Source: an uncultured Gammaproteobacteria bacterium
Lineage (GTDB): Bacteria; Patescibacteriota; Microgenomatia; UBA12405
Length of the DNA stretch: 39,293 nucleotides
Assembly: GCA_964463925.1 (NCBI GenBank)
Contig: CAYXDV010000004.1
Span: forward strand, 79,080 to 118,372
Reading direction: 5' to 3'
Under the pieces are notes generated by a model. That model saw only the letters and a program-made list of their open reading frames with translations. It searched no databases and had not been told where the DNA came from. A program made the position numbers and the translations under genes. Each line of letters starts with the position of its first letter. Position 1 is the stretch's first letter. This document shows positions 1 through 9,536 of this stretch, piece after piece.

Positions 1-474
1 CCCATACATTTTTTACGAAAACTAATTTATCGTTTTTTTGGACTTAATATTCCACTAGATAGCACAATTTATATGGGTGCTCGTTTTTTTAAACCGTCAG
101 GCATAATCCTGGGCCACGATACTTTGATTGGTCAAGATTGCTTTTTAGATGGACGTGCGCCTCTTATAATTGGAGACCATGTGGATATTGCCAGTCAAGT
201 ATTAATCTACAACGATGAACACAACATACATGACCAAGATTTTGCCAACAGTTTTGGATCAGTAAATATCTCCGATTATGTTTTTATTGGCCCCAGAGCT
301 ATTATCTTGCCGGGTGTTAATATTGGCAGCGGGGCTGTTGTTGCCGCTGGAGCCGTAGTTACCAAAGATATTCCAAGTTTTGAAATCTGGGGGGGTGTTC
401 CCGCTAAAAAAATAGGGGATAGGACCCATAAAAAGTTAAATTATCGACTGGGACGACCCATGCTTTTCCACTAA
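1..474 (+). CDS. Hexapeptide-repeat (left-handed beta-helix) acyltransferase, 5'-partial
   Basis: Frame is open from base 1 (PIHFLRKLIYRFFGLNIPLDSTIYM...), so the gene starts left of the window. Hexapeptide repeats VFIGPRAIILPGVNIGSGAVVAAGAVVTKD and C-terminal GGVPAKKI are typical of sugar O-acetyltransferases. Confidence 0.85.
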   Translation, partial: PIHFLRKLIYRFFGLNIPLDSTIYMGARFFKPSGIILGHDTLIGQDCFLDGRAPLIIGDHVDIASQVLIYNDEHNIHDQDFANSFGSVNISDYVFIGPRAIILPGVNIGSGAVVAAGAVVTKDIPSFEIWGGVPAKKIGDRTHKKLNYRLGRPMLFH

Positions 475-477
475 ATC

Positions 478-1008
478 ATGACAAAATTTATCTTCTTATT
501 ATTGCTCTTGTTAAATATCCCTTTGGTTTACTATCTTTTGCAACCCTTTCCTGTAATACCAAATTTAGGACAAGAATTGCAATCGAATCTACCGGGGGAT
601 ACAGTTCAAGTTCCAAATATCAAAGCATTTTTTACCAATTGGAATCGTTCCCAGGTTATTGCTTATTACAAAAGTAATCTGCCAAAACCATATATACTTC
701 TAAACCACCCACCAGAGCGAGCAAAAGAAGTCATTAGAGATGAAATCCAAAGTTACTATTTACAAGAATTTGTTTTTCCGCTAAAAGGATCGGTTTATAT
801 AAACGGTTTTGAATGGAAGAATGATGTTTTCACGCCAGAATCCAGCCGCCTTAAAAACAAAATTCTAGTTGGACAGATGGCCTATGATTCCAAAGTAACA
901 GCCAGATGGTACTCTTCAAGTATATTTGGACGACTTGGAAATTTATTATGCATCGATTTTTGTGTCATATTTTTTATCTACGCTCTTAAAAAAACTTTTC
1001 TTAAATGA
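478..1008 (+). CDS. Hypothetical membrane protein (N- and C-terminal hydrophobic helices)
   Basis: 176 aa ORF tightly packed in the operon (3-nt gap upstream, ATGA overlap downstream). No recognised motif. Confidence 0.7.
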   Translation: MTKFIFLLLLLLNIPLVYYLLQPFPVIPNLGQELQSNLPGDTVQVPNIKAFFTNWNRSQVIAYYKSNLPKPYILLNHPPERAKEVIRDEIQSYYLQEFVFPLKGSVYINGFEWKNDVFTPESSRLKNKILVGQMAYDSKVTARWYSSSIFGRLGNLLCIDFCVIFFIYALKKTFLK

Positions 1009-1856
1009 CAACAAATCCAACCCTATCGATTATCATAATCAACTATAATACGGCAAAAATAACTTTATCTTGTATAAAATCAGTTTATCAAGACTCTGAG
1101 TTAAAAAACGGTAATATCCCGTTTGAAATTATACTAATTGATAATGCTTCTACAGATTCTTCACTACTAGATTTTTCCAAATTAAAATACAACAATTTAA
1201 AAATCATCAAAAATAGTAAAAATTTAGGTTTTGCAAAAGCAAATAATCAGGGACTAAAACAAGCTTTGGGACAATATATATTATTTTTAAACTCCGATAC
1301 TATTATCAATAATTCAGCCATTTCCCAATGCCTTAATTGGCTGTCATCCCATCCGGAAGCAGCCTCTTGTACTGGTCAATTATTAAATTCAGATGGAACC
1401 ATCCAAGCTACTGGTGGCTATTTCCCAAATGCTTTAAATACACTATCATGGCTTGTTCATTTGGATGATCTTCCTTTTTTTAACAAATTTATTAAACCCA
1501 TTCATCCTCATACTCCAACTTTCTATACCAAAGATGCTTTCTATCTCAAAGATCAACAATTAGATTGGTTAACTGGGGCATTTATTATGACCAGAAAAAA
1601 CTTGCTCGATTCTATTACCGGGTTCGATCCATTTTATTTTATGTATGCCGAAGAATTAGAAATGTTCTATAGACTAAAATTGAAATTCCCAAACCTCATC
1701 AACAAGTATCTTGCCGGGCCACGGATTACCCATCTGGGTGGTGCTTCTGGTAATCAATCCAAATATAGTTTAGAAAAAAAAGGTATTTCTGTATTTTTCA
1801 AAAAACACAAACTGCCATTATCCTCATTAGTTAGCCCAATCTTAAATTTATGCTAA
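1005..1856 (+). CDS. Glycosyltransferase family 2
   Basis: IIIINYN, LIDNASTD, NLGFAKANNQG, FLNSDT (DxD-like) and FMYAEE motifs. Confidence 0.9.
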   Translation: MTTNPTLSIIIINYNTAKITLSCIKSVYQDSELKNGNIPFEIILIDNASTDSSLLDFSKLKYNNLKIIKNSKNLGFAKANNQGLKQALGQYILFLNSDTIINNSAISQCLNWLSSHPEAASCTGQLLNSDGTIQATGGYFPNALNTLSWLVHLDDLPFFNKFIKPIHPHTPTFYTKDAFYLKDQQLDWLTGAFIMTRKNLLDSITGFDPFYFMYAEELEMFYRLKLKFPNLINKYLAGPRITHLGGASGNQSKYSLEKKGISVFFKKHKLPLSSLVSPILNLC

Positions 1857-3268
1857 AAAACTTTAATCTTCTTCGAATATCACTGGCAGTTTTAATTTTA
1901 GCAATCCCTTTATATCCAAAATTTCCCATATCAGAAGTATCTGGAACTTATGTTAACTTGCGGCTAGATGACATTATTGTCTTTATCTCAATTTTATTTC
2001 TTGTAATTCATCAACTAAAGTCCAGATTTCCAATCTTTAAGAACAAGTTATTTTTGCTTTTTTTGTCATATTGGTTCGCACTTTTAAGTGCAGTAATTGG
2101 AAGCATAGTTCTACACCAAATCGAAAGACCAGCAATTTTATTGCTAAATGCCTTCAGACGAATTGAGTATATGTCCTTGTTTTTCTTGTCTAGTGCAGCA
2201 GTTAGTAAAAAAGAACATCTCAAAATACCATTTTTATTACTCATAACTGCTTTGCTAGGAGCTGGAACCGTAGGTTTGGGACAAAAATATTTTTCATGGC
2301 CCATTATCTCTACGATGAACCAAGAGTTCTCAAAAGGACAACTACTCTATATGAGTACTTGGACTAGAATTAGCTCTACTTTTGCCGGCCACTATGATTT
2401 GGCGGTCTACACTTCAGTGGCCCTGGTAATTTTAGGTGGTAGTCTTTTTCTCTGTAAAAACCTTTTTTCAAAAATAATTATATTTTTATCTTGGATATCA
2501 ACTTTTTATATTCTAACTCTAACAGCTTCAAGAATTTCTCTATTTGCCTTTTATGCCGGGATGTCATTGTCCTTAGTTTTGATACGAAAGTATTTTTGGA
2601 TCCTGCCATTAACCATTTTAATAATCGCTACCATAGCAACTACTAGCGAGTTAAACCAACGTCTACTTGCAACAGTTCCCGGACTACGAACTAAAATTGC
2701 CATGCTTCTGCCAAAATATACAAGCCCTACTACGCCCGCACCTAACCCAACTCAAATACCAACCCTAGTAACACAAACCCCAATTGCCGTCGTGACTGGC
2801 TTAATTCCAACAGCATATCCAACCCCAATCCGTATTCGACCAGTTTATGAATATCCACCAGTAGATGCAGATGCCGGAGTTGCCAGATCAGGTCAAATTC
2901 GCTTCCAGGTTGAATGGCCAAGGGCAATAAATGCCCTAAAGAAAAACCCAGTTCAGGGAACTGGACCAGGATCGATTACCTTGGCAACTGACAATGATTA
3001 CCTTCGTATATTAGGCGAAACTGGCATCTTTGGTCTAATAACTTTTATTTCGATTTTTGTTTGGTTTTTCTTACAAACTAAGCCGTTTTTATTCTACAAA
3101 CAAACCAACGATCGAAATTATTTAAATTATATTTTTCTTGCTTCAATCTTTACAATGTTTGCCAATGCAGTTTTTATCGATGTTTTTGCAGCAAGCAAAA
3201 TTGCATATTCATTTTGGATCCTAATGGGAATTTACTATCAGAATCTACAATTTTGTAAACATGAATAA
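1850..3268 (+). CDS. O-antigen ligase/polymerase-like polytopic membrane protein
   Basis: About 10-12 hydrophobic segments, RISSTF and LTASR motifs, a large loop ending WPRA...GTGPG...TDNDYLRILGETGIFG (Wzy_C-like), and a Pro/Thr-rich linker in the loop. Confidence 0.75.
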   Translation: MLKNFNLLRISLAVLILAIPLYPKFPISEVSGTYVNLRLDDIIVFISILFLVIHQLKSRFPIFKNKLFLLFLSYWFALLSAVIGSIVLHQIERPAILLLNAFRRIEYMSLFFLSSAAVSKKEHLKIPFLLLITALLGAGTVGLGQKYFSWPIISTMNQEFSKGQLLYMSTWTRISSTFAGHYDLAVYTSVALVILGGSLFLCKNLFSKIIIFLSWISTFYILTLTASRISLFAFYAGMSLSLVLIRKYFWILPLTILIIATIATTSELNQRLLATVPGLRTKIAMLLPKYTSPTTPAPNPTQIPTLVTQTPIAVVTGLIPTAYPTPIRIRPVYEYPPVDADAGVARSGQIRFQVEWPRAINALKKNPVQGTGPGSITLATDNDYLRILGETGIFGLITFISIFVWFFLQTKPFLFYKQTNDRNYLNYIFLASIFTMFANAVFIDVFAASKIAYSFWILMGIYYQNLQFCKHE

Positions 3269-4610
3269 GTATCAAAAAATTGTTTTAGTATTTATTTTAA
3301 TTATCGGAGGTTTACTTCGTCTTTATCATGTCAACTACCCAATTGCCGACTGGCACTCACACAGACAAGCAGACACTGCCAGCGTTACTACAAATATCTT
3401 AAATGGAACTGGCACTTTTTGGTTGCCAACTTATCATGACTTATCAAATGTTCAGTCTGGACAGGAAAACCCAAATGGATATCGGATGGTAGAACTTCCA
3501 ATTTACAACCAAATATCTGCCCAGTTTTCAAAACTCTTTTCGCTTCCCCTGGAAATATCATCACGACTAGTAAATATTATAATTAGCCTTGCAACTGGTT
3601 ATGTTCTGTATCGCACTGTCAAAAATCTATATGTAGTTGTAGTATTTTTGTTCCTACCCTTTAGTATATTTTATAGCAGAGCTATTTTGCCAGAAATCGT
3701 GGCTATTTTTTTTATCAGCTTATCTCTGTATTTTCTACAAAAAAAGTTACCATTTTTGTTTTCTCTTTCGCTTGGATTCGGATTATTGATAAAACCGTTC
3801 GTCGGATTATTGCTTTTTCCAATTTTTGTAGCCCATTTTCTAAGAGTTGAGAATCGAAAAAAAATATTTTATGTTATTTTTTGCTGCATTTTTGCTGCTG
3901 CTCCATTTTTAATGTGGCGTCTACATATCCAAAACTACCCCGCAGGCATTCCTGCTTTTAAATGGCTTTTCCAGCAGGGATTTTCTGGCGAATCATTTGT
4001 AGTCGGAAGACCCTATTGGTTTCGTTGGCTATTCTGGGAAAGGCTCGTCTTACTAATATTAGGACTCCCATTGATTCTTCCTCTTATAATTTCTATCTTT
4101 AAACAAAGAAATTGGCCGTATTTTGCAGGTATTCTATTATATTTTTCAATCATAGCTCGAGGCAACGTACAACACGATTATTATCAAGTTTTAACTCTAC
4201 CTTTTTTAGCAATTCTTGTATCCTACGGCTTACAAAAGCTTCCTAAAATAATATCTATTTCCCTATTAGTCACAAGCATTGTCCTTACACAAAAAAATAT
4301 CTTACCGTACTACAGAATTAATCATCCGCAAATAATCTATGCCGGCTGGAAAACTGACATTCTCACTCCAAAAAACTCTCTGATAATTGCACCATATACC
4401 GGAGATACTGCCTTTTTGTATCAAACCAATCGTTCTGGTTGGCCAACTGAAATGTACAACATTCCCGATTTGTTAAAACAGTTCTCAAATCCGATCTATT
4501 TAGTCTCAGTAAACAATGATACTTACACCAATATGCAAAAAGCAAAATATATCACCACATACGAAGACCAAAATATGATTCTACTAGATTTACGAAAGCC
4601 AAAACTATGA
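3261..4610 (+). CDS. GT-C fold membrane glycosyltransferase (ArnT/PMT-like)
   Basis: Polytopic. N-terminal loop DWHSHRQADT, YSRAILPE, LIKP and HDYY motifs, soluble C-terminal domain. Confidence 0.7.
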   Translation: MNKYQKIVLVFILIIGGLLRLYHVNYPIADWHSHRQADTASVTTNILNGTGTFWLPTYHDLSNVQSGQENPNGYRMVELPIYNQISAQFSKLFSLPLEISSRLVNIIISLATGYVLYRTVKNLYVVVVFLFLPFSIFYSRAILPEIVAIFFISLSLYFLQKKLPFLFSLSLGFGLLIKPFVGLLLFPIFVAHFLRVENRKKIFYVIFCCIFAAAPFLMWRLHIQNYPAGIPAFKWLFQQGFSGESFVVGRPYWFRWLFWERLVLLILGLPLILPLIISIFKQRNWPYFAGILLYFSIIARGNVQHDYYQVLTLPFLAILVSYGLQKLPKIISISLLVTSIVLTQKNILPYYRINHPQIIYAGWKTDILTPKNSLIIAPYTGDTAFLYQTNRSGWPTEMYNIPDLLKQFSNPIYLVSVNNDTYTNMQKAKYITTYEDQNMILLDLRKPKL

Positions 4611-5818
4611 CTAGAAAAAAAATTTTAATGATTACTCCATATCTACCGGCACCATCACAATCAGGCGGCCAAACCAGGTCTTACTACCTTTTAAAAAATC
4701 TACACAAAAATGTAGACATATCTATTATTTGTTTTACACGCAATCAAGTTGGACTTTCACAGCTAAAAAAATTTTGTAAAAAAGTAATTTTAGTTGAACG
4801 AGGAAAGACATGGGATCCTGCAAAAATCCTTAAAACCGGTTTTGGGCCATATCCTTTTTTGGTAAGTAATTACATTTCAAAAAATTTAAAATCCGCCATA
4901 GAAATTGAACTACAAAATGAAAACTATGATCTAATCCACACTGAGTGTTTTTATCTAATGCCAAATATACCAAAAACAGAAATTCCAACTATTTTAGTCG
5001 ATCAAACAATTGAATACGCGGTATACCAACACTACACTGAAAGCCTACCATTCCCAAAGTCAGCTTTTAAACCACTGCTTTATCTTGATGTAGCCAAAAT
5101 AAAATATTGGGAGCAATATTATTGGCAAAAAGCGGATTCGCTAGTTGTTGTTTCCAATGATGATAAAAATGTTGTGAATAAGGACATCAAAAGAACTAGA
5201 GTTGAGATCATCCCCAATGGAGTTGACGAGAAGTATTTGTTAGAAGGCGACAAAATTAGCAAAACTGAGTACCCTTCCATCCTTTTTGGTGTTTCAAATA
5301 TGAAATGGATGCAAAACAGTGAATGCGCCAAACTTTTACTTGACCACATATGGCCAAAAATAAAATCAGAAATACCTAAGGCAAAATTATTTATTATTGG
5401 TAGGCACGCTCCAACAACCTTTTCAAAATACCAAACAGAAGATGTTATTGTTGCAGAAGCCGGAAAAGATGGAACCAAAAATGATCCGATTTCTTATTAT
5501 AAAAGGTGTTGGCTTTTAGTTGCTCCAATTCTTAGCGGTAATGGAACCAGAACTAAATTTTTTGAAGCCATGGCTTGTGGATTACCAATTGTCACTACGC
5601 CACAAGGAATGGAAGGAATTGAAATTACCAACAAACAACATGCCCTAGTGGTCAACCCAGAAGAGATAGCCCAAACCACCATAAAGCTGCTAAAAGACCC
5701 ATTGCAAAGAAAATTCTTGGGTGATAGAGCAAAATTGCTTGTAGCCAAAAAATACACTTGGGCCCAAAGTGCAAAAAAATTATATAAACTTTATCAGTCT
5801 ATTCAAAATCATGAATAA
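4607..5818 (+). CDS. Glycosyltransferase family 4
   Basis: ILMITPYLP...GGQTR N-terminus, IIPNGVD, and KFFEAMACGLPIVTT. Confidence 0.9.
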   Translation: MTRKKILMITPYLPAPSQSGGQTRSYYLLKNLHKNVDISIICFTRNQVGLSQLKKFCKKVILVERGKTWDPAKILKTGFGPYPFLVSNYISKNLKSAIEIELQNENYDLIHTECFYLMPNIPKTEIPTILVDQTIEYAVYQHYTESLPFPKSAFKPLLYLDVAKIKYWEQYYWQKADSLVVVSNDDKNVVNKDIKRTRVEIIPNGVDEKYLLEGDKISKTEYPSILFGVSNMKWMQNSECAKLLLDHIWPKIKSEIPKAKLFIIGRHAPTTFSKYQTEDVIVAEAGKDGTKNDPISYYKRCWLLVAPILSGNGTRTKFFEAMACGLPIVTTPQGMEGIEITNKQHALVVNPEEIAQTTIKLLKDPLQRKFLGDRAKLLVAKKYTWAQSAKKLYKLYQSIQNHE

Positions 5819-6689
5819 TCCAATTTTGAGTTTGATTATTCTCAACTACAACTCGGGCAACTATCTTAAAAAATGTCTAAAAAGTATTGCCAAATCTTCT
5901 CTTCCGGCCTCCCATTACGAGGTAATTGTTGTAGATAATGCTTCAACCGATAGTTCAGCAAACAGCTTGCCTAAACTACCAAATCTAAAAGTAAAAAAGT
6001 TAACAAATAATTTGGGATTTTCCAAAGGAAATAACTTCGGACTTACTGAAATAGCCTCAACAGTTAAATATATATTTTTTCTTAACCCGGATACAGAAAT
6101 TGATTCAGACGCACTAAAAACTTTGATATCAACTTTTTCCAAAAACAAAAAGGTTTCTGCAATTTCACCATATATCACTTTGTATGCCACAAGATCTCTT
6201 CAACCGGAATCCCATCGCAATTTTCCAAACCCCATAAGTTCTCTATTTTATTTTCTAAACCTATCCCACGACAATTATTTATCAACCGCCGATATCAGCA
6301 CAGCTCATCAAATTCCAGCAGGGGTTGGGGCTGCTATTGCAATAAGAAGATCTGCTGGAGAAAAAATAAAATGGTGGGACGAAAGCTACTTTATGTATGG
6401 AGAGGATTTGCAACTATGTTGGAACCTAAAAGAAAACCACCTACAACTTTGGTTTATACCAAATGTAAAAGTTACTCACTACCAGGGAGTTTCTTCAGGC
6501 ATTAAAAGCCACACAAATTCTCTTGCAAACAATCTCGACAAAAAACGCTCTATTCAAGCTAGCACTCAAGCAATGAGGACTTTTTATCAAAAAAATTTAT
6601 CTTCAAAATACCCAAGATTAACAAATTTTATTGTCTATTTTGGGATAAAAATCTTAGAAAAATATCGACTCTGGAAAAAAAGTACATGA
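5811..6689 (+). CDS. Glycosyltransferase family 2
   Basis: LIILNYNS, VVDNASTD, NLGFSKGNN, FLNPDT, FMYGEDLQLC. Start moved to ATG 5811, which overlaps the upstream stop, rather than the track start 5769. Confidence 0.9.
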   Translation: MNNPILSLIILNYNSGNYLKKCLKSIAKSSLPASHYEVIVVDNASTDSSANSLPKLPNLKVKKLTNNLGFSKGNNFGLTEIASTVKYIFFLNPDTEIDSDALKTLISTFSKNKKVSAISPYITLYATRSLQPESHRNFPNPISSLFYFLNLSHDNYLSTADISTAHQIPAGVGAAIAIRRSAGEKIKWWDESYFMYGEDLQLCWNLKENHLQLWFIPNVKVTHYQGVSSGIKSHTNSLANNLDKKRSIQASTQAMRTFYQKNLSSKYPRLTNFIVYFGIKILEKYRLWKKST

Positions 6690-7792
6690 AAATAATTATC
6701 GATGCCAGATTATATGGACCAAAGCATACTGGAATTGGCCGATATGTTGCCAATCTAGTCGACTCAATTTCAAAAACAGATCTATCAAAAAAATATTCAA
6801 TTACCTTATTAATTCATCCAGAAAATTTAGAATATCTACAAAAAAAATATGGCCCAAAGTTTTGCTATCTGACAAGTGATGTTAAGCATTATTCATGGCA
6901 AGAACAAATCTCCCTACCTATACTTCTATATAAACAAAATGCCGATTTGGTCCATTTCACACACTTTAATAAGCCACTCTTTTATTTTAGATCTTCAGTT
7001 ATAACCATCCATGATCTGATCAAAAATTTTTACTATGGTAAAGAGACTACGACAAAGTGGAGTTTTTTATATTGGCCAAAATATTTTATGTATAGAATCT
7101 TTACTTATCTAAACATTAAATTAAATTATATAGTTGTTCCAAGTAACTTTTGGAAAAATTATATAGTTAGCCACTACAATCATCCTGGAAACAAAATCGT
7201 TACCACTTACGAGGCAGTCGACCCTATCTTTCAAACCCAAAAACCTAAAAATCTGGCTGCAAAAAATTATTTAGTCTACACAGGAAATTTGTATCCTCAT
7301 AAAAATCTTCAAATTGTTCTAGTTGCAATAAAAAGCTTTCCAAATCTGTCTTTATATGTAATAACAAAACCAGGTATTTTTTTAGACCGCTTCAAAAGAC
7401 AGATTATAGAAAATAAGCTTTCGATGCAAATAAAGTTTGTAGATTTTCCAACAGATACGGTAGTCAAAAAGATTTATTCATCGGCACTTGCCTTGGTTCA
7501 TCCATCTCTTATGGAAGGTTTTGGCCTAACAGGTTTAGAGGCCATGGCCTCAGGCTGTCCAGTTATATCAAGTAACAGTAGTTGTCTTCCAGAGATTTAT
7601 CAAGACAAAGTTCTATACTTTGAACCAAACGATGCAAACATGTTAATAAAACACATAGAGCTACTGCAAAAAAACAAAAAGATTAGATCAAAGCTTATAA
7701 CAGATGGATACGTGTACCAGAAACATTTTTCTTGGGAAAAAACAGCCAAACAAACACTAGATTTTTATGACCAAATACTTACAAAGAAATAA
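6686..7792 (+). CDS. Glycosyltransferase family 4
   Basis: IIDARL...TGIGRY, YTGNLYPHKN, EGFGLTGLEAMASGCPVISS. Confidence 0.9.
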   Translation: MKIIIDARLYGPKHTGIGRYVANLVDSISKTDLSKKYSITLLIHPENLEYLQKKYGPKFCYLTSDVKHYSWQEQISLPILLYKQNADLVHFTHFNKPLFYFRSSVITIHDLIKNFYYGKETTTKWSFLYWPKYFMYRIFTYLNIKLNYIVVPSNFWKNYIVSHYNHPGNKIVTTYEAVDPIFQTQKPKNLAAKNYLVYTGNLYPHKNLQIVLVAIKSFPNLSLYVITKPGIFLDRFKRQIIENKLSMQIKFVDFPTDTVVKKIYSSALALVHPSLMEGFGLTGLEAMASGCPVISSNSSCLPEIYQDKVLYFEPNDANMLIKHIELLQKNKKIRSKLITDGYVYQKHFSWEKTAKQTLDFYDQILTKK

Positions 7793-8855
7793 CCTAAAGA
7801 TAGCTATTTTTTATGACTGGCTGACAACTTGGGGCGGAGCTGAGAGATTGCTACTTTTACTTCTAAGATACTATCCACAGGCAGACTTGTATACCTCAAC
7901 TTATGCCCCAGAACACACCAAATGGCTCCCTAAAAATATAAATATAAAATACATATGTCAGCTACCAAAGTTTTTGCAAAACAAAGAATCAATTTTGGCT
8001 CCATTCATGCCAATATTTTTAGAAAGATATAACTTTGATAATTATGATGTATTACTATCCATGGGAAGTATTTATCCTCATTGTTTACTAACAAAACCTG
8101 ACACAAGCTATTTGTGTTATCTTCTAACTCCTAATCGCTATTTATACAAACCAAAATCAAAAATTCCAGCTTTTTTTCGCAAGTTAGATTCTATCTATAT
8201 AAAACGTCCTGATCAAATACTCACAATATCTCAGACCACAGCGGCACGTATCAAAGATAATTACCATATTAATCCAAGAATAATTTCACCAGGTGTCGAC
8301 ACTGATTTCTTTGTTCCAGATGTAAAACATTATTCTTCGAATTATTATCTTTGTGTCAGTCGCTTAGTTCCCTACAAAAAGATAGATCTTGCCATCAAAG
8401 CTTGCGGTGAGCTTAATTTACAGTTAAAAATTGTTGGCAAAGGACGTAGTTTTAAAAAATTAAAATTACTTGCCAAACAATACTCAAATATATCTTTTGA
8501 GGGAGAAGTACCAAATTCCGTCTTGCGACAACTTTACCAAAATTGCAAAGGATTAATATCGCCACAATTAGAAGATTTTGGTTTGGCAAATCTAGAAGTT
8601 CAAGCCTGTGGTAAACCAGTTATTGCTTTTAATAAGGGTGGCAATGCAGAAACTATTGTTAATGAAAAAACTGGGGTTTTTTTTAACCAACAAAATATTG
8701 CCAGTTTAAAACAAGCAATATTAGATTTTGAACAAAAAACATTCTCGGTTGCTGATTGCCGCCAGCAAGCATTAAAGTTTAGTGAGAAAAGCTTCATGTT
8801 AAACTTATCAAACACAATTCATGACTCCATCCAAAAGCCTAAAACCACCGGTTAA
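7767..8855 (+). CDS. Glycosyltransferase family 4
   Basis: DWLTTWGGAER, VSRLVPYKKIDL, EDFGLANLEVQACGKPVIA. Confidence 0.9.
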   Translation: MTKYLQRNNLKIAIFYDWLTTWGGAERLLLLLLRYYPQADLYTSTYAPEHTKWLPKNINIKYICQLPKFLQNKESILAPFMPIFLERYNFDNYDVLLSMGSIYPHCLLTKPDTSYLCYLLTPNRYLYKPKSKIPAFFRKLDSIYIKRPDQILTISQTTAARIKDNYHINPRIISPGVDTDFFVPDVKHYSSNYYLCVSRLVPYKKIDLAIKACGELNLQLKIVGKGRSFKKLKLLAKQYSNISFEGEVPNSVLRQLYQNCKGLISPQLEDFGLANLEVQACGKPVIAFNKGGNAETIVNEKTGVFFNQQNIASLKQAILDFEQKTFSVADCRQQALKFSEKSFMLNLSNTIHDSIQKPKTTG

Positions 8856-9507
8856 AAGGATTTTCTACCAACAACGCACTTTTCTATTTCCCATAATAAA
8901 ACGAATTTTGGATATCTTTGGATCTTTATTATTATTTCTTATTTTCTCTCCTCTAATTCTTATAACTGCTCTATGTATAAAAATTTATACCCGTTCTGAT
9001 GTTTTTTTTAAACAGAAAAGGGTAGGGCAAGGGAGTGTCCCTTTCCTTATGTATAAATTTTGCACAATGTACCCAGGAGACAACGATGCCAGATTAAAGA
9101 AATATCCCAATTTATACGAAAAATATAAGAATAATGGTTGGAAACTATCGCTAGATGAAGACCCTAGAATCACACCAATTGGAAAAGTTCTCCGACGTTT
9201 ATCAATTGATGAACTACCACAACTAATAAATGTTTTTAAAGATGAAATGAGCTTGGTTGGACCACGGGCCTACCGAGAAGAAGAATTGCAGGAATATAGC
9301 CGACGATATCCTCATACTCAAAAATATATAGATATAATACGTACAGCAAAGCCGGGAATCACTGGTCTTTGGCAAACATCTGGACGAAATCAATTAAATT
9401 TTGAAGACAGAGCCAAGCTCGATGCTTATTACATAGTCAATCGCTCACTTAGACAAGAAATAATAATTTTGCTTAAAACACCTTTTGCTATGTTTTCTAT
9501 ATGGTAA
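8821..9507 (+). CDS. Priming undecaprenyl-phosphate sugar phosphotransferase (Bac_transf, WcaJ/CpsE-like C-terminal domain)
   Basis: KRILDI, KFCTM, DPRITPIGKVLRRLSIDELPQLINV, MSLVGPR, KPGITGLWQ. Confidence 0.92.
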   Translation: MTPSKSLKPPVKRIFYQQRTFLFPIIKRILDIFGSLLLFLIFSPLILITALCIKIYTRSDVFFKQKRVGQGSVPFLMYKFCTMYPGDNDARLKKYPNLYEKYKNNGWKLSLDEDPRITPIGKVLRRLSIDELPQLINVFKDEMSLVGPRAYREEELQEYSRRYPHTQKYIDIIRTAKPGITGLWQTSGRNQLNFEDRAKLDAYYIVNRSLRQEIIILLKTPFAMFSIW

Positions 9508-9536
9508 ATTGGCCATTTCTTCTATAAACTAAATTT